This document shows positions 1 through 8,900 of a DNA stretch of 31,588 nucleotides, piece after piece. The DNA is taken from contig JBIIHO010000001.1 of NCBI GenBank assembly GCA_044235605.1, forward strand, positions 1-31,588, read 5' to 3'. The stretch is from Steroidobacteraceae bacterium (GTDB taxonomy: Bacteria > Pseudomonadota > Gammaproteobacteria > Steroidobacterales > Steroidobacteraceae). The position numbers and the translations under genes are program-made. A model generated the notes under the pieces. That model did no database searches. It was not told the DNA's origin and was given only the letters and a program-made list of their open reading frames with translations. Position 1 is the stretch's first letter; each line of letters starts with the position of its first letter.

Positions 1-1
1 C

Positions 2-499
2 GAGGGATTCGACTGCGCACACAACCTCGTTTACTGGAACTTCGGCGACTATCTCGGGATCGGTGCGGGCGCACACGGGAAGCTCTCTGGCGTCCGCGCC
101 GACGGCGGCATCACGGTGCTTAGAAGTACTCAGCCTCGGGAGCCGCGTCGGTATCAACGTGATCCGCAGGGGGCGCTCCTCTGGAATGAAGTTGATGAGG
201 ACCAGCGACCGTTCGAGTTCATGTTGAATGCGCTGCGTTTGACGGCTGGGTTCGAGATCGAAATTTTCGAGCGCCGAACGGGCGTAAGTTGGGACGCGGT
301 GACTCCAGTAGTGGAGCGGCTGCTGGATCGCGGACTACTGTCCCGCGCAGGTTCGGCGCCATCGGGTCGGGGTCGGATCCTGGCCACCCCGGTCGGATTC
401 CAGTTCCTTAACGAGGTATTACTGGAATTTCTGCCGGAGGAGGCGCCAAAAAGTATGCACAGCGAGCAAAAAACCCCGGCGAACTCGCAAATTACGTGA
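2..499 (+). CDS. hemW: Radical SAM heme chaperone HemW (YggW), 3' part; 5' end lies outside the window
   Basis: Frame 2 is open from base 2 and reads EGFDCAHNLVYWNFGDYLGIGAGAHGK...RPFEFMLNALRL..GF...FERRTG...GFQFLNEVLLEFL. HNxxYW, DYLGIGAGAHGK and EFMLNALRL are typical of the HemW C-terminal half. The ORF-track start at 116 is an internal GTG. Confidence 0.88.
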   Translation, partial: EGFDCAHNLVYWNFGDYLGIGAGAHGKLSGVRADGGITVLRSTQPREPRRYQRDPQGALLWNEVDEDQRPFEFMLNALRLTAGFEIEIFERRTGVSWDAVTPVVERLLDRGLLSRAGSAPSGRGRILATPVGFQFLNEVLLEFLPEEAPKSMHSEQKTPANSQIT

Positions 500-500
500 T

Positions 501-600
501 TTTTTCAGTTTTACTACAAAAATCGATCTATAAGTATTTGTTTTTGTTATAAAAAACACCCGAATAATTTTTTGAGGAAAGACTGAAAAAGGCTGAAATG
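501..600. other. AT-rich intergenic patch with flanking 9-bp inverted repeat and IHF-like site
   Basis: 74 of 100 bases are A/T by hand count. TTTTTCAGT (501-509) and ACTGAAAAA (582-590) are exact reverse complements. The reverse strand of 531-543 reads AAACAAATACTTA, one mismatch from the IHF consensus WATCAANNNNTTR. Confidence 0.6.
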
Positions 601-628
601 GCGGAATTTGTCGCTGGAGCAAGTTCGC

Positions 629-658
629 TATTCCACAGACTTATCCACAGTTTTCACG
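629..658 (+). promoter_or_regulatory. DnaA-box cluster: one perfect box and two degenerate boxes
   Basis: TTATCCACA at 641-649 is a perfect box. TATTCCACA (629-637; 1 mismatch to TTWTNCACA) and GTTTTCACG (650-658; 2 mismatches) are degenerate. GTATGCACA at 453-461 has 1 mismatch. All lie in the same orientation. Confidence 0.6.
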
Positions 659-708
659 GACTTACGCCGCCAAAACGGCCGTTGCGCTCCGGCAGGAGTC
701 GTCGGCCC

Positions 709-746
709 TTGTCGAAACCCGCCCGCCGCGCTTAGACTGCGCGCCC
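709..746 (+). promoter_or_regulatory. Probable sigma70 promoter of rpmE with GC-rich discriminator
   Basis: TTGTCG (709-714), an 18-bp spacer, TAGACT (733-738), then GCGCGCCC. This layout is typical of stringently controlled ribosomal protein promoters. Confidence 0.55.
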
Positions 747-781
747 TTTTTCGTCCTGCCCGCTAATTTGGAAGGTCGGTC

Positions 782-994
782 ATGAAGCCCTCGATTCACC
801 CGGAATATAACGAGATCAAGGTGTCCTGCTCCTGCGGCAACACCTTCCAGACGCGCTCGACCCTCGGTCAGGACCTCTCGCTCGAAGTCTGCTCGAGCTG
901 CCACCCGTTCTACACGGGCAAGCAGAAGATCGTCGACACGGCAGGCCGCGTAGACAAGTTCCGTAAGAAGTACGCCTCCGCCGCTGCACGCTGA
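782..994 (+). CDS. rpmE: 50S ribosomal protein L31, zinc-binding (C+) type
   Basis: MKPSIHPEY...VSCSCGNTF...[24 protein letters not shown]. All four Zn-ligand cysteines are present; GGAAGG lies upstream. Confidence 0.98.
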   Translation: MKPSIHPEYNEIKVSCSCGNTFQTRSTLGQDLSLEVCSSCHPFYTGKQKIVDTAGRVDKFRKKYASAAAR

Positions 995-1039
995 GGCTGA
1001 GCGGGGCGCCTCCGGCGGTCCCCGATCAACGATTCGACG

Positions 1040-1067
1040 AGGCGCCCGAAAGGGCGCTTTGTCATTT
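1040..1067 (+). terminator. Probable intrinsic terminator after rpmE
   Basis: Stem GCGCCC (1042-1047), GAAA tetraloop, GGGCGC (1052-1057), followed by TTTGTCATTT (interrupted U-tract). Confidence 0.6.
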
Positions 1068-1139
1068 CTGAGCCGGCCGCATTTGGATCAACCGGAACTT
1101 CTGCTAGCGTCTGATCGTCGAAAATTCGTGGATCGCCGC

Positions 1140-2612
1140 ATGAAAATCTCGAAGATTCTCACCACGCTGCTCGTAGCGATGACCGTCGCGTTCGCATCGC
1201 TCCAACTCGATGCGCAGTCCTCGCCGCGCAAGCCAGCCGAGCGTAAGTCGCAGGAAAGCTCAAGTTCGCGCAAGGCGCACGAGAAAATCCTCAAGGCTTA
1301 CGGGGTCTACGAAAATCAGGCACTTCAAGACTACGTGAGCGAAATCGGACAGCGCGTCGCTCGGCAAAGCAGTCTTGCCGATGAGGAATGGAAATTCGTT
1401 GTCCTCGACGACGACTCCATCAACGCGTTTACCACGGGCTGCTGCTATGTCTACATCCATCGTGGGTTGCTGATTCATCTCAACTCCGAGGCGGAGCTCG
1501 CCTCGGTCCTCGGACATGAGGTGGCGCATGTCACCGCGAGACATCCCCAGAAACGAATGACCCGCGGTGTTTTGGCGACGCTCGCTGCGACCGCGGCGGC
1601 GATCTACACCGGCTCCAGCGCTGTCGCCGATCTCGCGAATTTGGGAGCGACCGCCTGGATGCGCGGCTATGGTCGAGAGAACGAGCTCGAGGCCGATCGT
1701 ATCGGGCTGCAGTATTCCGTTCGCGCGGGATATCGGCCGGAGGCGATGGGCGAAGTCTTCGAGATGTTCCGGCGCGGTGAGCGCTTCGAAATCGATCGTG
1801 CCCGCGCCGAGGGTCGCGAGCCACGCGTATACCACGGCATGTTCTCGTCGCATCCGGCGCCCGACGCGCGCGCGGTACAGGCGGCGAAGGCTTCGGCCAA
1901 TCTCGAGGCAGGTCCTGAGGGCGGATGGATCGACAACCGCGAGCGCTACATGAAGGCCATCGATGGGCTGACATACGGATCGAGCCGCGCGCAGGGCATC
2001 GTTCGAGGAAACCGTCTTTACCACGCTGAGCTCGGCATCACGGTTGCTTTCCCCCGTGCTTGGACCGTCGAAAACCAGCGTGATGCGCTCGTTGCCTACA
2101 CCCCGAACAAAGACACGTTGATGCAGATCACGCTGCGCAGCTACCCACCGACGATGGGACCCCGCGAGTTCCTCATCTCCCAACTGCGCGGGGCGACGTT
2201 GTCTGGAGGCCGGCCGATCCAGATAAACGGAATGGAGGGTTATACGGTTCGCGCCACCTCCGGCTCGCCGCTCGATAACGGAGCGGGTCCCGTACGTTGG
2301 GTCGTTCTGTACCGCGATAAAAGTGCATACCTCTTCGCGGGTGCGAGCCGCTCCTCGCGAGGCGCTGTTCCGGAGTCCGATGGACTGTTTTTGTCGGTGG
2401 CCGAAACCCTGCGCGCACTGAAGCCCGCGGAATTTCCCTTGGCCGAGCCTTACCGACTTCGAATTCGCACCGCGACGCCTGGTACCCGACTCGAGGAGCA
2501 CGCCGACGACATGCCTGTCGAGAAGTATCCTCGGGAGGAGTTGATGCTCATTAACGGTTTGTATCCCGACCGCAAGTTGCAGCCGGGCACCCTCTACAAA
2601 GTGGTCGAATGA
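1140..2612 (+). CDS. Exported M48-family zinc metalloprotease (BepA/YfgC-related) with C-terminal extension
   Basis: HEVAH (HExxH) in SVLGHEVAHVTARH; downstream RENELEADRIG glutamate motif; SSHP motif; N-terminal signal MKISKILTTLLVAMTVAFASLQLDA. ATG 1140 chosen over the TTG at 1059, which sits in the terminator. Confidence 0.85.
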   Translation: MKISKILTTLLVAMTVAFASLQLDAQSSPRKPAERKSQESSSSRKAHEKILKAYGVYENQALQDYVSEIGQRVARQSSLADEEWKFVVLDDDSINAFTTGCCYVYIHRGLLIHLNSEAELASVLGHEVAHVTARHPQKRMTRGVLATLAATAAAIYTGSSAVADLANLGATAWMRGYGRENELEADRIGLQYSVRAGYRPEAMGEVFEMFRRGERFEIDRARAEGREPRVYHGMFSSHPAPDARAVQAAKASANLEAGPEGGWIDNRERYMKAIDGLTYGSSRAQGIVRGNRLYHAELGITVAFPRAWTVENQRDALVAYTPNKDTLMQITLRSYPPTMGPREFLISQLRGATLSGGRPIQINGMEGYTVRATSGSPLDNGAGPVRWVVLYRDKSAYLFAGASRSSRGAVPESDGLFLSVAETLRALKPAEFPLAEPYRLRIRTATPGTRLEEHADDMPVEKYPREELMLINGLYPDRKLQPGTLYKVVE

Positions 2613-2729
2613 AGGACGCCGAATAAAAAAATCATTCGCAGCGCCTTGATTATGAGCGCTCGGCGTGTCAATTTCGTAACGATTCGTCGCGTTTCTGCGA
2701 CGAGCTCCTAAGACGACGATTTTCACGCC

Positions 2730-4028
<1,299 letters not shown>

Positions 4029-4031
4029 GGT

Positions 4032-4661
4032 TCAGCGCGAGGCTGAGTCGTCGTATCCTGCGGCGACCATAGCAGACACCTCGCTCGTGTCTGCGCGTCT
4101 CATCGGTTTGCCATCGACGGGGCTGATCGGCGCTTGCCGGATTCCGTCGACCGGAAACACGACGATCTCTACGGGCTGACCATCCACTTCGAGCCGTAAC
4201 GCAGGTTGTTGAACGATGCGCTCGAGGTTGAGTCGCGTCCGGCGTTCACCGACTTCGAACGGTACTCCCTGATCCATGAGGCGAAACGTCACCGACTCTG
4301 CACGATCGGCAAAGACGTGGAGTAAGACGTCGTCGTGCTCGGTCGCCGTGCCTTGCAGCACTGAACCCACGAGACGTGGCTGAAATTCTTCGAGTCTCTG
4401 CATGACCTCAAGAGCCACTTCACGTTGTGCCTGGAGCGACTCTAGATGTGCATCGCCGCCGAAGAGGCGTTGATATTCTTGCAGTGCCTCCTCGATTTCG
4501 GTGTTGCGCGGCAACACTGAACCATCGACTACACCGAATCGTTCAGCGGCCTTGCGTTTTGCGAACAGAAAATCGCGGATACCGTGCTCGGCCATGACTC
4601 GAGCCGCCTCTTGCGCGAGCGCTCTCCTGAGGTTTTCGGCACGAGGCGGAAGCTTTTTCAT
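4032..4661 (-). CDS. Conserved hypothetical protein with degenerate nucleotidyltransferase-like domain
   Basis: N-terminal helical AQEAARVMAEHGIRDFLFAKRKAAERFG...LP.N.EIEEAL.EYQRLF, then LVGSVLQGTATEHDDVLLHVF, which resembles the hG[GS]x(n)DhD NTase motif. It starts 9 nt after the mrcA stop. Confidence 0.7.
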   Translation of the reverse strand: MKKLPPRAENLRRALAQEAARVMAEHGIRDFLFAKRKAAERFGVVDGSVLPRNTEIEEALQEYQRLFGGDAHLESLQAQREVALEVMQRLEEFQPRLVGSVLQGTATEHDDVLLHVFADRAESVTFRLMDQGVPFEVGERRTRLNLERIVQQPALRLEVDGQPVEIVVFPVDGIRQAPISPVDGKPMRRADTSEVSAMVAAGYDDSASR

Positions 4662-4670
4662 GACGACGAA

Positions 4671-7157
4671 TCAAAAAATGGGTTCAGCCGGCTGCTCGTT
4701 CGGGCGCCTAGGGTCTGACGCAGGATTTCCAGGTGTGCTACCCGCAGGAAGGCGATCGATCATGAATGTTTCGAAGATGGCATCGGGATCGTCGGCGCCG
4801 GCGAGTTCTCCGGTGACCGGCGAGATGCGTGCCTGGATCAGTCCGCCCGGCATATACCACGGACGGTCGGGAACGCCTTTCAGTGCCTCGGCCATGAAGT
4901 CGACCCAGATCGGCACCGCCGTGCGACTACCTTCCTCGCCTTCGCCGAGCGGGCGTGACTGGTCAAACCCGACCCATACGGTGGCTACAAGCGATGCGTT
5001 GTAGCCGTTGAACCACGTGTCGCGAGCTTCGTTGGTGGTGCCGGTCTTACCTGCGATGTCGCTGCGGCCGAGCGCCAAGGCACGACGTCCGGTGCCGCGA
5101 GTGATGACTTCTCGAAGCATGTCTGTCATGAGCCAGGCGTTCTGAGCGCTGATCACTCGGGGCGCGACTTCAGTGGCTGGCAATGCGCAGCCTGCAGGTA
5201 CGACGGCAGCACCTTCGGCCTCTGCCGCGGCGGACGTGGCTACGGCGTCTGATGTGGAGACGCCATCAAGGCTCGTCCCAGTTGACGGCTCGGGCGGATC
5301 ACACTCGAGCACGACGCGCCTCGGTGCCGCCTGAAACACTACTTGGCCTGTTGGATCTTCGATGCGCTCGATGAACCAAGGCTGGATACGATGTCCGCCA
5401 TTGGCAAAGACGGCATAGCCGGAGGCGACTTCTAGCGGTGTTGCACTCATGGTGCCGAGCGACAGTGTGAGATTGCGTGGAAGGCTAGCGCGGGCGAAGC
5501 CGAACCGCTCGCTGTAGGCGATGGCCGGACCCATACCGATGGCTTGAAGCACCCTGATCGACACGAGATTGCGGGATTTGACGAGCGCTTCACGCAGTCG
5601 AGTGGGTCCGCCGAAATCACCGCTCGAATTCTCTGGGCGCCAAGCTTCTTCCATATTCGGATCGTCGATCACGAAAGGCGCATCGAGCACCACTGAAGCG
5701 GGCGTGAATCCGTTGTCGAGTGCCGCCGAATACAGGAATGGCTTGAACCCGGATCCGGGTTGACGCTTAGCTTGTATCGCGCGATTGAACTTACCGGCGT
5801 TCGGATCAAAGTAATCGAAACCTCCGACGAGGGCAGTGATCGCGCCATCTGTTGGCGAGAGCGCAACAAGCGCGGCTGACGCCTCGGGAATCTGGGCAAG
5901 TTGTGGGGTGGGCAGGATCGTGACGTGAATGACATCGCCACGCGCCAAAATCTCGCTAGCCATCTTCGGTGGCTTGCCGAGACGACCGTTGATTTTTGGT
6001 CGTGCCCAAGAGAGACCTTCCCAAGGCAGCGTGACGATTCCGGTATCGCGAACATAAACGCGTACGGACTTTTCCTGAACGTCGAGCACCACGGCCGGAA
6101 GCACGGGGCCACTGGCGTCTTGATCGGCGATCAACGCTTCGATCTCACCCCCATCATTACCGGCCGGAAGCTCGACCCGCTTTTTCGGACCACGCCAACC
6201 GCGTCGACGGTCATAGTCGAGGAGCCCCTGTCGAACTGCAGTATTGGCGGCTGTCTGCGCACTCGGATCAATGGTGGTGTAGATCTTGTAGCCTTCGTTC
6301 TGTGCGGCTGCGCCGAGCCGCTGTACGAGCTCGATCCTCGCCATTTCTGCGATGTAGGGCGCTTCGACTTCGAATACTTGAACATGCTCCCTCGCGACCA
6401 CTTTTTCGGCGGCGGCTCGCTCCTCGGTCTCTCGATCGATGTAGCCGAGCTCTCGCATGCGTCGAAGTACGTATCCGCGACGTTGCGCGGCGGCCTCGGG
6501 ATTATTGATCGGGTTGTAGCGCGACGGCGCCTGCGGCACTCGGGCAAGCGTGGCGGCTTCAGCCAGAGTCAGTTGGTCGAGGGTTTTTCCGAAATAGAGA
6601 TCAGCGGCGGCGGCGATCCCATAGGTGCGCTTCCCGAAGTGAATGACATTCAGATAAAGACCAAAGATTTCCTCTTTGGAGAACTCTTTTTCGATGCGAT
6701 AAGTGAGGAACATCTCCTGCACTTTTCGTCGCCAAGTTCGATCCTGGGTGAGAAACAGGTTGCGAGCGGTCTGCTGCGTGATGGTGCTAGCGCCCTGCAA
6801 CCGGGAGCCCGGCAACAGATTTACCGCGAGCGAGCGCAGGATGCCTTGATAGTCGAAGCCCGAGTGTTCGAAGAAACGATCATCCTCGGCTGCGATGAAC
6901 GCCTGGCGCACCATCGGCGGAATATCGTCGAAGGTCACCGGGATACGTCGCTGCTCACCGATCTGTGCGATGACCCGACCGTCTCGCGAGTACACCCGCA
7001 GCGGAACCTGCAGCTCGATCTGTCGCATTGCCTCGACCGTGGGCAGGGAGGGCTGCAAATAGAGATAGGCACCGGAGATCAGTGCGACGATGGTGAGAGA
7101 GCTGATTGCGAGACCAGCTGCAGCCAGAAACGCGATTTTCGGCAGGTAACGCTTCAC
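4671..7157 (-). CDS. mrcA: Penicillin-binding protein 1A (class A bifunctional PBP)
   Basis: N-terminal TM anchor; transglycosylase motifs AAEDDRFFEH, GASTITQQ, RK.QE; transpeptidase motifs QPGSGFK (SxxK), SRN (SxN), KTG; OB-like insertion; GAGG before the GTG start. Confidence 0.96.
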   Translation of the reverse strand: MKRYLPKIAFLAAAGLAISSLTIVALISGAYLYLQPSLPTVEAMRQIELQVPLRVYSRDGRVIAQIGEQRRIPVTFDDIPPMVRQAFIAAEDDRFFEHSGFDYQGILRSLAVNLLPGSRLQGASTITQQTARNLFLTQDRTWRRKVQEMFLTYRIEKEFSKEEIFGLYLNVIHFGKRTYGIAAAADLYFGKTLDQLTLAEAATLARVPQAPSRYNPINNPEAAAQRRGYVLRRMRELGYIDRETEERAAAEKVVAREHVQVFEVEAPYIAEMARIELVQRLGAAAQNEGYKIYTTIDPSAQTAANTAVRQGLLDYDRRRGWRGPKKRVELPAGNDGGEIEALIADQDASGPVLPAVVLDVQEKSVRVYVRDTGIVTLPWEGLSWARPKINGRLGKPPKMASEILARGDVIHVTILPTPQLAQIPEASAALVALSPTDGAITALVGGFDYFDPNAGKFNRAIQAKRQPGSGFKPFLYSAALDNGFTPASVVLDAPFVIDDPNMEEAWRPENSSGDFGGPTRLREALVKSRNLVSIRVLQAIGMGPAIAYSERFGFARASLPRNLTLSLGTMSATPLEVASGYAVFANGGHRIQPWFIERIEDPTGQVVFQAAPRRVVLECDPPEPSTGTSLDGVSTSDAVATSAAAEAEGAAVVPAGCALPATEVAPRVISAQNAWLMTDMLREVITRGTGRRALALGRSDIAGKTGTTNEARDTWFNGYNASLVATVWVGFDQSRPLGEGEEGSRTAVPIWVDFMAEALKGVPDRPWYMPGGLIQARISPVTGELAGADDPDAIFETFMIDRLPAGSTPGNPASDPRRPNEQPAEPIF

Positions 7158-7257
7158 GACCTCAGCATGTTACCGGAATGGAGATGTCCGTTGCCCCATC
7201 ACCGAGACCCTTTGCCTTCGGTTAGGCTTGGATAGTTAGGGCGATTTCCCGCTGAAG

Positions 7258-7779
7258 ATGCAAGAAACTCGAAATCTCATTCTGGTCGGACCGATGGGCT
7301 CCGGAAAGTCTGCGGTGGGCCGACAACTCGCCCGCGCGCTCCGGCGGCCGTTCATCGACTGCGACTCGGAACTCGAAAAGCGTACGGGTGTCGATATACC
7401 GCTCATTTTCGAAAAAGAGGGCGAGGCAGGGTTCCGCGCGCGAGAGCGCGAGCTCATCTCGGAGCTGGTTGCGCGCCAAGGCATCGTTCTGTCGACCGGG
7501 GGCGGCGCAGTGCTGTTGCAAGAGAACCGGCAGCGGTTGCGCGAGGGCGGCATCGTCGTCTATCTCGAGACGTCGATTGAGCAACAGTTAAAAAGAGTCC
7601 GTCAGGGAGAGCGTCGGCCGCTTCTTTCCGGAGCGCCCGATCTACAGGGCCGGCTGATCGAGCTGATGACGCTGCGTGCGCCGCTCTATGCCGAAGTGGC
7701 GACTTTGACCGTATATACCGATGGACATCGTGTGCGCGAAGTCGTGGATCAAATTCTGAGACAGTTGCCTCCGGACTGA
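7258..7779 (+). CDS. aroK: Shikimate kinase
   Basis: LVGPMGSGKS P-loop, F.D.D..LE, IFEKEGEAGFR.RE, STGGG and RPLL motifs. Confidence 0.96.
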   Translation: MQETRNLILVGPMGSGKSAVGRQLARALRRPFIDCDSELEKRTGVDIPLIFEKEGEAGFRARERELISELVARQGIVLSTGGGAVLLQENRQRLREGGIVVYLETSIEQQLKRVRQGERRPLLSGAPDLQGRLIELMTLRAPLYAEVATLTVYTDGHRVREVVDQILRQLPPD

Positions 7780-7811
7780 CTCCGAGCTCAGCCGCGTATA
7801 CTTCAAAAACC

Positions 7812-8900
7812 ATGACGCTGCTCCACTCCATGACGGTGCCGCTCGGTGAGCGGTCCTATCCGATCTATATCGGCGATGGGTTGTTACACGACGCCAAATG
7901 GTTGGCCGCTCTGATGAAGGCTCGAAAGGTCGCGATCGTCACGAATGATGTGGTGGCACCACTTTATTCCGCTTCGATTCATGCGGCGCTCTCGGGTGTC
8001 GAGACATTCGAAATCATCCTGCCGGATGGCGAGACTCATAAAACTCTCGATAACACCGCGAGAATTTTCGATCGACTCATCGAACATCGTTTCGCCCGAG
8101 ACGATCTCATCGTGGCCCTGGGCGGCGGCGTAATCGGCGACATGGCGGGTTTTGCTGCGGCCTGCTACCAGCGCGGCATCGCTTTCGTGCAGATTCCGAC
8201 CACGTTACTGTCTCAGGTCGACTCATCGGTCGGAGGCAAGACGGGCGTCAATCATCCGCTCGGAAAAAATATGATCGGTGCGTTTCATCAGCCGCGCGCC
8301 GTCGTAATCGATATCGCGACACTACGTAGCTTGTCGTCGCGCGAGTTACGAGCGGGAATCGCCGAGATCGTGAAGTACGGTTTGATCTGCGATGCCGAGT
8401 TCTTCGAATGGTTAGAGTCGCACGCCGAAAAACTCCTGGCTTGCGACACGGAGGCACTGGCGTACGCCATTCACCGCTCTTGTAGTACCAAGGCCGCCAT
8501 CGTCGCTCGAGACGAACGCGAGCAAGGTGAGCGAGCGCTACTTAATTTCGGACATACCTTCGGACATGCTATCGAGAGCGTGACCGGTTATTCGAGCTGG
8601 CTGCATGGTGAGGCCGTTGCGGCGGGAATGCTGATGGCAGCCTCGTTATCCGAGCGCTGTGGCCTGATCGCTGGGGGTGATGTTGCCCGAATCGCAAATC
8701 TACTTCAGCGCTTGGGCCTTCGCACCGATGCGCGAGGTGAGTTGACTTCTGCGGCTGCTCTTCTTGCTATGGGGGGCGATAAAAAAGTTCAGAACGGTCG
8801 GATCCGCCTCATCTTACTTCGAGGCATCGGTGATGGGTTCGTGAGTAGTGATTATCCCGCCGACGCTTTGGCGTCGACACTCGAGACTCATCTCTCGTGA
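7812..8900 (+). CDS. aroB: 3-dehydroquinate synthase
   Basis: ALGGGVIGDMAGFAAACYQRGI, PTTLLSQVDSSVGGKTGVNH, GKNMIGAFHQP, LNFGHTFGHAIE and LHGEAVA.GM motifs. Confidence 0.97.
   Translation: MTLLHSMTVPLGERSYPIYIGDGLLHDAKWLAALMKARKVAIVTNDVVAPLYSASIHAALSGVETFEIILPDGETHKTLDNTARIFDRLIEHRFARDDLIVALGGGVIGDMAGFAAACYQRGIAFVQIPTTLLSQVDSSVGGKTGVNHPLGKNMIGAFHQPRAVVIDIATLRSLSSRELRAGIAEIVKYGLICDAEFFEWLESHAEKLLACDTEALAYAIHRSCSTKAAIVARDEREQGERALLNFGHTFGHAIESVTGYSSWLHGEAVAAGMLMAASLSERCGLIAGGDVARIANLLQRLGLRTDARGELTSAAALLAMGGDKKVQNGRIRLILLRGIGDGFVSSDYPADALASTLETHLS

Noticed and set aside
1046-1057. 12-mer CCGAAAGGGCGC repeated at 28391-28402, both copies intergenic
   Set aside because: Only two copies, in different hairpin contexts; insufficient for a REP family, and GC stems with GAAA are common.
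2684-2703. 7-bp hairpin TCGTCGC-GTTTCT-GCGACGA upstream of gltA
   Set aside because: The stem is real but has no U-tract and no recognisable regulatory consensus; function cannot be supported from sequence alone.
5190-5330. Cys-flanked low-complexity insertion in the PBP1A transpeptidase domain
   Set aside because: A variable loop at this position is usual in gammaproteobacterial PBP1A, and there are no intein-type motifs.
5901-7235. 444-aa plus-strand ORF opposite mrcA
   Set aside because: In-register antisense shadow of PBP1A; no motifs and no convincing RBS.
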